60,194 nt of DNA, filler included, from Porpidia crustulata (GCA_964255105.1; 8 parts of 8 records of this genome joined end to end with filler, not necessarily neighbours in it); one strand, 5' to 3'. Shown: positions 23,174-35,680, counted from the whole stretch's first letter. Notes: a model not told the origin generated them from the sequence alone. Numbers and translations are program-made.

Positions 23174-24915
23174 ATGCCTCCTTCTCCATCAACCATGGCC
23201 TCAGATAGCTTATCGACCCTCTTTGTGCTACCGAATGAATTGTGGAATATAGTAGTAGGATTTGTAAGTGCTTTGATTCTTTCGAGTTTTATGTCTTGGG
23301 CTTTGCAGCGAGTCGAGCGTTTTTTTCTCTCCCTAGATTTGGTCCAAAATTTCCTCTTGAGATTCTGGTGGACACCCAGATTCTCCAATCGCTCCTTTCG
23401 TACTATCGCCACTAATCCAGCTCAATCCAAAGATCGCACGGCCTACGGATCTGAAGTCCCTCTGTCTTGTATCAAGAGCATTTAATGAAATCGCGACCCC
23501 TTTCCTATATCGGGATCTTGTCCTCCCCTACGACGAAAAGGACCCCGATTGGTCCAGACTGAAGCCCCTGTCCGGAAATACAAATCTTCGACATGTCCAG
23601 TCCCTCCGATTCGGGCACCACAACTTCACGGAGCTGGGCTTCTGTAAAGCACTCGATGAGCTGTTGCCAAACTTCCATGCGGATACCCTAAAGCGGTTCG
23701 AGTTCGGCGGCCTTGGCCGACCGACCTACGAAACGATGAGACATCTGTGGCGGAATCAGAAATATCTTCGCAACCTGCAATTCAATTTCGCATTGCTATC
23801 GCCATCGCTTGAGGATGTCTTAGGGGAGGAAGCATCAACGCTGAGATCGCTGAAATATGTGGAGGAAATCGATGTCAACCTCGGTGCGTCCTTGCTGGCG
23901 AGTGACGCTGACCTTCTCTTACGCTTTTTCCAACCGCGGGATTTGAAAAAGGTGAGCATGTCCGCCATCAGCCGTAATTCTCGAGATCGGTCTTTCGGAA
24001 TCCTGCACTTCAACCGATATTTACCTGCGACTCTCACTCACCTCACACTCGACTCCATCACGCTGCCTCCACCGGAACACCTACAGTTGGACCTTTTTCC
24101 AGGCCTGATCTACCTAAATATGCAGTGCTACTACAAGTGTGGACCCGTCTTGGATGCATTCCGAAAACCGAATTTGCGTGAATTCAACTTTTATTATGAT
24201 GTGCTTGGGGATGATGGGATAGACGAGGTCGTAGGCATGCTGGCAAGATTCGGAACCCTCGAGAAACTTACTATTCAATTCCCTTATGCCCGCCTACGCT
24301 TAAAATGCCAGGCCCTAGCATTAGGGATCCTCATGCACACACAGAATCTAACGTCGCTGTTCCTGCGGTGCCGTTCCCTAGAAACGTCCGAGTTCTTCGA
24401 AGAAGTGGCTATTCGATGTCGGAAACTACGACAGCTAGCTTTCACCTTCGAATACTACCACTTCCTAGATTTCTGCAGGGTACAAGTACCTCAACCGTAA
24501 GATAAAGCACGCGATACTAAATCTATACCCACTCGTCCAGGATCCAAGATTTTTCGACATAAACCGCCACCCCGTCCTCTCGGTGCTATATGTATTGAAC
24601 CATTTCGAACAGAACGATTACATAAAGTCAAGGCTGCGACCCAGGCCCCTCCAAGACTACGCGAACACCCTCTTCCGGACTTCGTCAAGCCTGTCGATCG
24701 TCGCATTCGGGTCAGAGCACATGTACACTGACAGGTTCGAGCGCCATTACTATCAAAGTCCGCCACGCCAGTGCTTCATCCGGGAGCAGATGAAAGACTC
24801 CGAACTGCGGGCGGGCGCGACCGGCGTGGCGGTTCCCATCGAGCGCAAAACCGTCAAGTACGTGGTGCCGGAATGCGACGTGCTAGACCACAAGGTCGAG
24901 TACGGCGGGCGATGA
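23174..24915 (+). CDS. F-box-like protein with LRR-like C-terminal region (3 exons)
   Basis: LPNELWNIVVGF|GTAAGT intron|IARPTDLKSLCLVSRAFNEIATPFLYRDLVL (F-box-like), then LxxLxL segments (LTHLTL, LEKLTI, LTSLFL, LRQLAF); second intron ~24480-24540. Confidence 0.72.
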
Positions 24916-25075
24916 TTCGTTGCGGATTGCATTTCGGTTGCGCTAAGCGATCGTTGTGTATCCTGGCACGAAGAATACGTCAATATATATATTCGGAGAA
25001 AGGTATACCAAAAGTTCCATTAGCTCATAGACACCATATATACATTACATTTCTGCACATCTACTACTGCCGTCT

Positions 25076-26046
25076 CTATTGTGCCCCACACGTCTCAGCA
25101 GCCGCTGGCGTCCCGTCCAATTCCGCATGTAATTCGCTCCCGCGCATTTCCGAAATATTGCCGCCCGCTGCATCCATCTCGTGCGCCGCTCCGCTGCCCG
25201 CTTCATGCAGTTTCCGGAGCTCCGCCTTGTCCTCCGCCTTCATCCCCATCGATCTGGGGTCATTCGAGTTCAATTCCTGTGCGCCATTCCCCTGATTCTT
25301 CCGCCGCCGGCTCCGTGTCCGGAAAATCAGAAAAGCCACGGCCGCAAACGATAGGACCCCCAAGCTCACTCCAACGCCGATGCCCGCTTGCGCACCTGTG
25401 CTGAGACCTTTGGCGGCCGCTGTTGCGTTCCCTCCGGCAGCTGGTTGTGAAACCGGCGTGATCAAATCCGTGCCGTTGGTTGTACTCGTGCCATTGGTTG
25501 TACTTGTGCTGTTAGTTGTATTGGGCGGATTTGTGTTAACTGTGTCTGGCATACTCCAAAACTTGGGCTTCACAGTCGAGTCGCGGATGATGAACCAAGA
25601 GCCGCTGTTCGTGGAAAATGGCGCCTGGGGAGGTTTGGTAGGCATGTGCTCTGAATAAACTTCAGCGTGGCACTGGGGGAGGCCATTGCAGTCGAGAGTG
25701 ACGAGCTGACTTCCTGTGGAAGGGACGGAAGTGTTGGAGCCTGGGGTCAGGGCGTGGTTTTAGCACGAGCAGATTGAGAGTGGTGCGGAACGGGGGAATG
25801 CTTACATGTTCTGAAATTTGTGAAGTCTGCGAGCCCGCACCAAAGGAGGAGGTAGGTATTGGGATAATTTGATGTCCAGGAACAGTTCACAGTGTCGATG
25901 TAGTTGTATGTTGGTCTGAAATCCGAAGCAGGGAAGAGCCATTTCCCTGAAGCTGATAAGGGAGCGGCTGCAATAGTCGAGGGGACGAGGAAGTAGAGGA
26001 CTGTCAATAGAGGGGAAAAAAGGCTCTTGCCCAAGGCGCGCATCAT
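25076..26046 (-). CDS. Single-pass membrane/cell-surface protein (Mid2-like TM architecture)
   Basis: Signal peptide, small Cys/Trp ectodomain, T/N-rich stalk, LSTGAQAGIGVGVSLG TM followed by RSRRRK, cytoplasmic xEL/xEM repeats. Confidence 0.75.
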
Positions 26047-27368
26047 ATTGAAAATGTTCACCGTCGAGTTTCCACAGCAGCCAGGATAGACGACGCCAAA
26101 GTTAATCGCTATCCACGATTCTCCCTTTGCAATGATACTCAAATCGTCTTGGACGTAGGAAAGATTCTAGATCTTGAAGGAAATCTCAAACGCAGGATAC
26201 AAGACAGAAGAAAAGGCCATCGAGCATGAACTAGCACGAGGCAAAGCGACAGCACTAAGCACGCGATGCTTGCATTGCCTCGTTGGGATGCATCTCAATT
26301 CTCAAGCACGTAAATAGGAGGGTGTTGCAAGCCGTGTTTAGATAGATCTAGTTATCCTGCAGGATTGTGATGCCTGCTTAGCCACGCCTAGAGGAAGCCG
26401 CAGTCGCCAATCAAGAACCCATTATCACTATGTATTTGAGCGCATGTTATTTGTCCGAGCGATCAGCGATTTTCAATCAGGCTAGGCGCAAAATTGATAG
26501 ATATGAGATGAAACCTTTGCACCAGTGCCTGTGTCCTGATTGAGTGTTTCGAATGCTCGGAGAAGGTGTGCTCTTTGTAGAATAGTAAGCCTTGTAAAAC
26601 ACTCCTAAGATTGGACACAGTAATCTCATCCATCGTGGTGATTAAATCATCGCCTCGTAGTTACTCGATAGAGGATGCACAGCCGCGGTTAATGGAAATA
26701 AAGGGAAATTTCTGTTTCAGATTATCATTTAAAGATTTGACATCAGCCCTGAGTAGCGGGGGGGCACTAGGGGCTTCTACACCTTAGCGGGTCTAAGCTT
26801 TTAGTCTCAAAACTGAACTTTGCTGTCGCTTCGTAAGCTACTTTGACAGAAAATGCTGTGGAAGGAAAAACAAAGTAGAATAATATCATTGAATTGAGTG
26901 TGCTCTAAATGCAAATTGATCAAACTCAAGAATCTGCAAACAGAACTGAAATAATGTGCGAAGATACGGAGCGCTGTGCGCGATTTGCAATTCTTCAAAT
27001 AAATCGCGAAGGAAGAACCCACTAAATCGTTTCGTCCAGTAAAGTCACTTAATGGGGATTACCACGCACAAGGCTAATGTCGTTGAAATCCACCTGCTTT
27101 AATATATTGAGGTGGCCAGACCTGTTTTGTAGGAGCTTCACAGCTGGCGGAACGACAGATTAGATTTCGAGATTAGATTTCACTTCATCGAATCGTATCG
27201 CTAATGATGCCGAGCAGCAAACAGCTGGTCGGCGAATTCTACATCTCACCAATGCGCAGTGAATAAAATATTTCTGGGGAATGTATGCATCAAGGTCATT
27301 CAACGTGTACAATGTCACAGTCTACTGTTCCTAGCTGTAAATTCGCCATCGTCAGCGATACCAGATCC

Positions 27369-28575
27369 TCAAGACCGGTCATCCTCACCAAACTTCGCTT
27401 GCCAAAACCCTCGGAAATGCTTCTGCTCCCCGGCTTCGGTAATCTCCCCCACCTCCCTCGGCGTCATCGAGAATGTCAGCGTTCTCAAGTAGTCACTCAT
27501 CCTCTCTTCTTTGCTGCTTGTCGTGATCGCTACGATCCCCTGGTCGATACACCACCTCAGTGAGATCTCCGCTTCGCTAACGTAGTACTTTTTGGCCAAC
27601 TGCCCCAGGATGGCATCGCAGGGGCCGGGCTTGGCTTTGGTAGCAGCAGTCAGGGGACCGTAGGCTGCGACGGCGATATTGTGCTTTTTATGGAAGGGAA
27701 TAAGACCTTGGTGTTGGAGATAAGGATGGTACTCGATCTGGTTGATGCTTGGTGGGATCGTGGCTGTAGCAAGGGTGGCTTCGAGGTGCGGCTGCAGGTA
27801 ATTGGATACGCCGATCGATCTGGCTTTGCCGGAGCGCTTGACCTTCTCCATCTCGGCCCAGGCGTCTTGGAGGTCTTTGTCCGATTTGGCGTAGAATGGG
27901 GAATGGATAAGATACCTAGAGCCTCCGTATCAGAACCCCTATCCGACTTCACGTCAGCGCCGATGAAACGCACAAATCAACGTAATCCAACTGTAGCTTC
28001 TTCAAGCTCGTATCGATAGCCTTTGGGATGTCGGCAATATTCGTGATGACCTTGCCTGTGACGAACAGCTTGTCCCGGGCTACGCCGCTCTCTTTGATCG
28101 CCACGCCAAGCTCCAGCTCCGTATTGTAGACCTCGGCGCCGTCGAGGTGGTAGTAGCCGAGCTTGATCGCTAGCTTCGTGGCGTCCACGGTCTTGCGGTC
28201 GATGCTGCCGTCATCGTTGGCTTTGTACCACGCCGTGCCCACTGGGGGATTAATGAGCTCTGATTTTGTTTTCAAAGCCGTGTAGTTACTTCACTCACAG
28301 CCGTATCCGAGCTAGGGTTGGCCGTCAATATCATCCTGTTAGATTTTTGAGGTGATCGTAGAGGTAGTACCGACCATTGGCACGGAAGTGCCATCATTGA
28401 GTTTCAGGTCTGGGAACTCTTTCTTTATGTTCGCCATACTCCTTTCTGCGCCGAATCGCTGGGGGAAATTTTGTAGTGGGGCGCGATAGGGACTGGACGT
28501 AAGCCTTGGCGGAGGATATCGTCTGCACGTTTCGATTGTAGGACAACACGACCTAAATCCGAGGGTACGAAGCAT
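27369..28575 (-). CDS. Aldo-keto reductase (NADP-dependent); alternative ATGs at 28575 and 28437
   Basis: LKLNDGTSVPM|LGYGL|GTAWYK, HLDGAEVY, LFVTGK, DYVDL|YLIHSPF, SIGVSNY, NQIEYHPY; 13-nt microexon 28299-28311. Confidence 0.92.
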
Positions 28576-29825
28576 ATGTTTTCAATGTCTTCGCCGACGG
28601 TACTCGGGTCTCTACAACCATGGATAATGTTTCTTGTGATGTGGTGGGGAATAGGGTCCTGGGCCTTGAATTGCCGCGCGGCAACAGCACTTGAGTTGGA
28701 CGGCACGACGGGTGGACAGTAGGTAGTGAGAAAAGAATACCTTCCAGAATTCGACTCCCAGTTTTGAAGATCAGTGGAGATTGCGTTGGCATTAGCTGAC
28801 CAGCGAGCAGCTTTTTCAGTGATCGATTTCGATTGTTATGCATGATCAAGGATCATGTTGCGTTCTTACGCTTCGACTCAACCCCGCGTATGCATTCAAC
28901 TTAGACCGGAGTATCATTCAGTGCTCCATACAGATTGGTAAGGTCGCACGTATGATGGTCCTTGGTATCTTCTACAGACACGACACATCGCATAATGCAT
29001 GAGGAGACTTCGTTACCTGGGAAGCGTTCTAGAATCGAATATCATTGTGCTTACGAAGAACTAAGTTGTCGCTCAGCCAAATGAGAAATTCTCGATTACG
29101 TGAGCGTTGTGAGTGAAAATAATTATTTCGATTCCCTTACGTGGGAGCGACTTGAGATGATTCATAAAGAGAGAGGTGCAACGTGTATAGCTTCAATGCA
29201 GATAGAAGCGCCAAATGCGAGAGAGAAACTCAAGTCAAAAGGCAGCATCAAGAAGACATGTTCAGACCAGTTGATCAATTCAAATTTACATTGGCTTAGA
29301 AAGAGAAGAAAGAACGTTTATAAGCAAGCATAGTTACATCGGTCCATTCGGATCTCTTGGGTGATAGTTGCCAACCTTAATGTGACTGAGAGTTTTACGT
29401 GGAAGAATCGAAGCCATCTGCTTTTCTAGATAGAAAGAGCACCAGCCTTTGATGCCTCACCCAAAGCCAGCGCTAGTCATCGATGTCAAACCCGTCTCTG
29501 TACCCCATTCCGTTCTTGATAAGCAGGAAATCCTCGATCAATAGAACAGCACAAGCAAATCAAAGTCAGACGCTCACTACCAAGAAATTCGAACATCTCA
29601 TCGCTTAAAGTGACTGTGTGAAGCAGATAGCAACAAATGCGTGCTGATTGAAGTATCTGAACTGCATTACGATGCAAGAGGTAAACATATATCTGTATGG
29701 AACCCCACATATTGCGCTCAATTGGCCAGCGATAAAACCCACCTGTACGCGGTGCTGGCTACGAACCTTCTGTTATCAGAAGAGCCTAGAGGTTTCAGTC
29801 GATTTAGCTGTATCGATAAGTCGCT

Positions 29826-30077
29826 GTTGTTGCATAGGACCGCAGCGACGCGTCGAAAAAAGCGATCGATTTGATCAGATCGACACGTCAAGAAGTTGTT
29901 GCATAGGACCGCTATTGCGACGTGACGATCTATCCACTTGATCAGGTGGCAACCATCGACTCGCCTCCTAGCCCTGTGGGAGGCACATACAATGATCAGA
30001 AGCCCACCTAGCCCTGCCAGCTAGGTGGCACCCAGCGAATCGCCTCCTAGCCCTGTGGGAGGCACATACAACGACCA
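29826..30077. repeat. Direct-repeat/hairpin array at a contig end, probable repeat-element terminus
   Basis: GTTGTTGCATAGGACCGC x2 (29826, 29895); TCGCCTCCTAGCCCTGTGGGAGGCACATACAA x2 (29961, 30040; 79-bp period). Confidence 0.7.
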
Positions 30078-30177
30078 NNNNNNNNNNNNNNNNNNNNNNN
30101 NNNNNNNNNNNNNNNNNNNNNTTAATTAATTAANNNNNNNNNNNNNNNNNNNNNNNNNNNNNNNNNNNNNNNNNNNN
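30078..30177. other. Artificial contig linker
   Basis: 44N+TTAATTAATTAA+44N. Confidence 0.98.
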
Positions 30178-30273
30178 GGATGGAGGTGGATATAATGAAG
30201 ATCTGAGGTCCAAGTAGGCTCGGTGAAGCTGGCGCAATATCTATCCGAACAGTTTCCGTGGTCGATGGAGTAT

Positions 30274-31247
30274 TCAAGCTGCAAGTTCGCTCCTGCAAGC
30301 TTCACTCCGGTGCGTCCCGTCCAGCTCGCTAGGAACAGGGACGCCATTGGGCGCTTCGTGAACCAAGTCCTGGTGCATCGGGGGTTCCATCTTCGACATC
30401 AGTGGTGGCATTGCATCTCTCTCTTCGACTGATGGTCCTGGGTCAACTGTCGCCGGCCTTCGCCGTAGCCGGTAGAAGAGAATGGCGGTTAGCAGGAGAG
30501 ATATGCCGCCCAATGCCGCTCCGACGCCTATGCCGGCTTGTGCGCCGGTGGAAAGGCTGCTGGCACTTGTGGTCTGGCGTGCTGCTCCGGTGGGTGGGAG
30601 GGTTGTAGAAGCCGAAGTCGCAATGACAGAAGCCCGAAGGGGGCTGGCAGAAGCCGAAGTGGAGCTGGTGGTTGTCGACGAGGATGGCGAGGAGCTCGTG
30701 ACGAATCGTGCAACGTCGTGTTGCTGGTACTGGATCGTGACGGCCGGAACCCACATCGTGATAGGACCCGAGACGGAGGTTATATTTGTTGCCGAAGCGC
30801 TCGATCGCGCTTTCAGCGTCGTGGAGGTACTGCCTGTGTAAGAACTCACACAACCGGCAAAGAGCTTTGAGCTTCGAGAGGTATCATCGTTGATAGTACT
30901 GTAGGTGGAATGATATGAATATCCACTGACAGATTTAGCTTATAACGGGGCTTCGACGCGTGGACCTTCTACCTTTCACAACATATGGCTGATGTGATTC
31001 CAGCGCCGCTGGATACTACAGGAGTGGACCATCCGGCTGGACACCATCCTGGGCTGTAGATTTGATTCGCTGGAATCCGGCCAGTCTGAATGTAATTTGA
31101 TGGATAACACGCGGGAGCAGACGCATCTTGTATCAAGAGTCCCCGAGAAAACCCATTGTAGTAGTTTCCCTCGTATGTGAATGCAGTGGAGCAAGAAGCT
31201 GGAGGGGTAAAGACGGTTGTCAATGGAAAAGTCAACGTTTGAGACAT
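30274..31247 (-). CDS. Ser/Thr-rich single-pass membrane protein with a Cys-containing N-terminal domain (2 exons)
   Basis: PLTTVFTPPASC...CYPS...YSPGWCPAGW...AICC, intron, S/T-rich stalk, LSTGAQAGIGVGAALGG TM, RLRRR, C-terminal ELDG/EL motifs. Confidence 0.78.
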
Positions 31248-32342
31248 GTATGGTATTCGTATGCCTTACGAGACCTCTCACCAGGTCTTAGATTCTATCA
31301 ACAAGAATAGAAAATGAATGTGGCTAACCGTAATGTAGAAGCTTGGTTGAGCTGGAGGGCGGTAAGGTGGGGGATCAGTAGAATCGTATCCAAGCAATCA
31401 GGGCTCAAGAAGAATTGAAGCTCAACCTCGTACCTAGTACAGGCCGTGGACACTGGCTGCAAAGTGTAGTATTCCATGAAACGAGGACGAGAGGATTAGC
31501 ACATGTCCAGGAGACTCAGCTTTTGTATGTGTTTTCGACAGGAGATTGAACCATTCAAACACAGGATTTGAAAAGCTTTCATTTGACTGATAGGAAGACA
31601 TCCAAAGCATCGATGTGCCGAGGGGATGTAATATGTACACCATCCAGGGTCTGATTATTTGAGATTTTGTACCTAGATTGGTCCTCATACCGGATTTTAC
31701 CATACGGTGAGAGGAGTGCAAGGATCTTACACTCTACGCTTCGTTGTCATCCATTGCAATATTAGGTGTCTCAAGTTGAGTCTGATATTGTTGGTTGTGT
31801 ATCACATGCAAGCTGGGTCATTATACACAATGAGGCGCATGGAAGGCTCCCTGAAAGACCTATGACCAACTGGGAGCTTTGATCTGAATACGTACGCAGC
31901 CTCGCTGTAAATTTCCGATACGTCTATCAGCTTTAGAGCTGTGTAGCGCTCTGTCTACGCTGTTGGCTGTCATCTCGCAGGATTGATCCTCAATCTGCAC
32001 TTCATTGCTGACATTCGTTGGATGCATGGACAAGCGGCCAGAGCAACCCATGATCGCAGTCCAATTGAGCTCTTTGATGTTATCCTACTGTGCAAGGCTG
32101 ATACGATTTGATAGAACGCCGCAGCCGCCCGAGTCCGGCTATAGAGTAGTACCATGTGCCCATCAAACTAGTGAATGGCGCTGTTGAATGCAGCGTCGTT
32201 GCTTAATTGAATCTCTGACCTGCATTGGGTATGAGTCTACGATTCTTCGTATTGCAGAAAGATGGGCGTCCTCTGCTGCTACAATCATTCCAGAACGAAG
32301 ATTAAGTAAATCGCAGGATGAGTCAAAGTATGAGGTCTTACA

Positions 32343-33776
32343 ATGCCCCGCGACTTCCTTTTTCGACGACATCGTGTTGTACTGAGTTTTTCAATACTTC
32401 TCTTCATTCTCATTACGTTATATAGTCTGCTGTCTGTCAGGAAGCCGCAAGTAGATAGGCTGCACGGATCTTCTATCGCCACTCATGCCCTGCTCCCCAT
32501 ACCCGAGTACCAAAAGGCCTCTGCTGTATCGACGTTCTGCGCTGAGCGATTTGGACTCGAATATCTGCAAAGTCTGAGCAACAGTTCCACGAACTATTGC
32601 AATGCTGATTCGGGCTCAAGTCTCACCTGCTTCCACAGCCGAACCGTGGACAAGCGTACCGATTCGTTCTGTGTCGGTGGAGCAGCATCCATTGATAGCG
32701 ACGAAAAGAAATTTCGGCTAAAATGCGATTTGAGAGAATGGACAAAGCAAGAAGCTGCCGAGGGCATTCCGAAGATTGATCAGTTTCCAGGCTACTGGTA
32801 TGAGACGGGTCCGCGCTATATCTTCAACAAGTATATTCGATTCGAGTCCACGGCGCAGGCCCTTTCTAGTACTAGAAGTAAGACCCCGAAATTTTCGGTC
32901 CTCATTAAACGCGAAGAGAAGGTTTTCAATCTTTGGCACAGTCTGATGGAAATTAGCGCATATTCAATGACAATCGATGTGCTGCGGATGACACATAACC
33001 CAGTGACGGCTCAGTCATTCTTCAGCATTGAAGACATTGAGAATACTCAGGTCGTTATACTTGACGATCACCCGGAAGGCCCATTCTACGATTTATGGTC
33101 CATGTTGGCCAGACGGCCCATCATCAGATTGAACAGTCTCACTACAGACCGGCCACAGAGCTCCGAGGATGTGATTGTTCCCTTGCCTGGAGGGAGCAAC
33201 CCTCTGTGGCAAGGAGACTGGGAAGTGCATAATTGTGAACACTCTGCGCTATGGCGTACGTTCTCACAGAGAGTACTTGATAACTACGAAATTGATGACA
33301 AGCCAAAGAGAGATGACGAGCCACTCGTGCTTACCTTCATCGACCGCCAAGCGAAGCGACACCTCATCGACCAGGAACATTATATTGAGACGCTCAAGTC
33401 CAAATTCCCTGCGGTGGACATCCAATCCGTCGATTTCGCCAACCATTCATTCGCCGAACAACTCAGCCTAGTACGACGCACAGATATCCTTGTGGGCGTG
33501 CACGGCGCAGGGCTTACGCATGGCATGTTCCTGACACCTGGCTCGGCCATGGTCGAAATTATCCCACCCGGTTTCCAGCACAAAGGCTTCCGTAATCTGG
33601 CCAAGCTCCTTGATCATCTTTATTTTAGCAGCCATGCGGTCAAGGCCCCGGACGGCTCGGGTGATTGGCAAACGGACGATGTGGTTGTTGAGGAGGATCG
33701 CTTCTTGGGTTTGCTGGAGGTTGCGATCAAGAGCATGTATAACAGGGGATTACTCAATATAGATGTTACCAGGTGA
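32343..33776 (+). CDS. Glycosyltransferase family 61 (DUF563; EOGT-like) type II membrane protein
   Basis: N-terminal TM anchor, NLWHSLME, LTFIDR, DFANHSFAEQL...TDILVGVHGAGLTHGMFL...VEI, GFRNLAKL; intronless, 477 aa. Confidence 0.88.
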   Translation: MPRDFLFRRHRVVLSFSILLFILITLYSLLSVRKPQVDRLHGSSIATHALLPIPEYQKASAVSTFCAERFGLEYLQSLSNSSTNYCNADSGSSLTCFHSRTVDKRTDSFCVGGAASIDSDEKKFRLKCDLREWTKQEAAEGIPKIDQFPGYWYETGPRYIFNKYIRFESTAQALSSTRSKTPKFSVLIKREEKVFNLWHSLMEISAYSMTIDVLRMTHNPVTAQSFFSIEDIENTQVVILDDHPEGPFYDLWSMLARRPIIRLNSLTTDRPQSSEDVIVPLPGGSNPLWQGDWEVHNCEHSALWRTFSQRVLDNYEIDDKPKRDDEPLVLTFIDRQAKRHLIDQEHYIETLKSKFPAVDIQSVDFANHSFAEQLSLVRRTDILVGVHGAGLTHGMFLTPGSAMVEIIPPGFQHKGFRNLAKLLDHLYFSSHAVKAPDGSGDWQTDDVVVEEDRFLGLLEVAIKSMYNRGLLNIDVTR

Positions 33777-35660
33777 AAGCTCGCGAGTCGTTTCAAATTG
33801 CCCAGCATTCTCGATAACGCCCGCAACCTTTGGTGAAACGGCTGATCGGCCGGAAACTAGACACTGTTCATTCATCGTACTCCGTGGCTGCCGCAAACAT
33901 GGAAATTGCCAGCATTTGAGCGTTCAGATATGGGCTTACCAAAATTGAGGATAAGTGATAGGAGATTTACGCATGAGATGGAGGTGTTGGCCAATGGTGT
34001 GTCATTTGAGCGTAATGCTCTGGCGTGTAACCAGATCTCAACCACACCCACCCTTCCACGGCCTCGAACCATCAAGACTCCGCCCCATCTCTTGATATTT
34101 CGGTGACGGACTCGGCCTTCCGTACTTTTGTCACATCATACGCGAATTCAACAAATTAATCAAAGCATACTTCCAACCTCACCACGATCTAAAATCAGTG
34201 TTGTCAAAGCGTTCGTGTTCAAGTTCGTGGGAGCGCGAAAGAAACGATTAAAGCAAGACCATTGGTCTTGTCTGCTATACTCGCATTACCCTCTGCATTC
34301 AGAAGGGGTTTCGGAACGAGGACGAGCCGTGTGAGCAGTGGAAGGCACGGGTGAATGCGAAAGCGTGAATCATTATCACAAACAACGAGTTTATGATCCA
34401 ATGGCAATCTCATCCGCCCCTCCCAGCCTTCTGTTCCAGGCCCTCGAGTCAATTACCTCTGCTGCCCCACATCCTCACGACCAGATCGTGCCGTTACTGT
34501 GGCGCTGGGAGGAAAGGAATGGGAGCTGGCTATTGAGTCTAGGAGCGGGTTGGAGGGATTCAGTATTCTCGAGTTGTGGACGCGATAAAAATTGCACTCC
34601 AGTTGGTGACTCTCCGCTTCAAGGACAGTTTTTTCGTACTAAACCGCACAACACAGGATTGTCTCATGACCTTCTTCCACGCCAAGTTCAACACTAACAC
34701 CCCCCCTGATTCGAACATCGCGACAGCATCTACCTACGAGGAATAGGGTCGATAGGATCTTATTGCGGACCACTGTGAGCCTTGCTATCCTAGCTACCTT
34801 GGCTTTCCATTACAGGATATCCCAAAGAAATATGAGGGAATATGCTCATACTGAAAGCCGCTGCCTGTGACTGGTCATGTGATGCTATGCACCCAACTCT
34901 TAGACTGAAGGGCGTTTCGCGGTTACCATGGCGTAGTTCGACGATACTTCTTACAACGGAAAACTTTCGGTGATTTCGAGGAAAAGGGCCGTGGCCGTCG
35001 AGAAAGGCATGGACTTGGAGGGATGTATGAGACCATATACGGCAACAATGCTAGAGTGTGATGCACGGTAGTAAGCAGAAGCTCCACAGGAACGAAGCAA
35101 AGAAATGAGCGAACTAGGTGCGCGTGCAGGCCTAATTCAGAATCCAGGGACAAGACTATAAGAACCATATCGATTACCCATTCATGTACCCTTGAGAGTA
35201 GTAATGGTGTTGAAGATCGACGCGATGCAAATGATTACGGACAGATTAAAATAAAGCGAGATATTTGAAGGGACGTTGAGCGGTGAAAAGAGACCTTTCA
35301 CGGGCAGTCAAAATCGAGAGCAGAGAGAGACAATTAGAGAAGGAACTTGTCAGGCTGCGAAGAGACTTGAGCATCTCCAGATATCTGAGACTTATTCCTT
35401 CAACCTCGGTAGATCTTTTTACTCAACAATGTGCGATACAGTCGGATTTTTGGCGATGGAGACCATGGTTCGTAAGAATTACGCAATCCATCACGATACT
35501 GCGGTGCGAACAATGTCAACGAAAATTGCAAGGCCACACCAAGGGCGCATCCTTCCCAGGGATTTTAATGCACTTTTCCAACATCTTTGATATCCTACAT
35601 CCTCGTAGTCGCTCCTTTTCATAGTGTTCTGGAGATATCTGATTGTGTAAGGAAGGTTTG

Positions 35661-35680
35661 TGACTCGTAGCATAGAGTCA
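35661..35680. promoter_or_regulatory. Inverted pair of Gcn4/CPC-1/CpcA cross-pathway control core sites upstream of arg-2
   Basis: TGACTC (35661-35666) and GAGTCA (35675-35680), about 440 bp upstream of the uORF ATG. Confidence 0.55.

Noticed and set aside
29826..30077. CRISPR-like repeat-spacer pattern
   Set aside because: Eukaryotic context, only two copies of each repeat, related intervening sequences and no cas genes
35200..35624. Short coiled-coil-like ORF (RERQLEKELVRLRRDL) upstream of arg-2
   Set aside because: No ATG start, upstream stops and no recognisable homology
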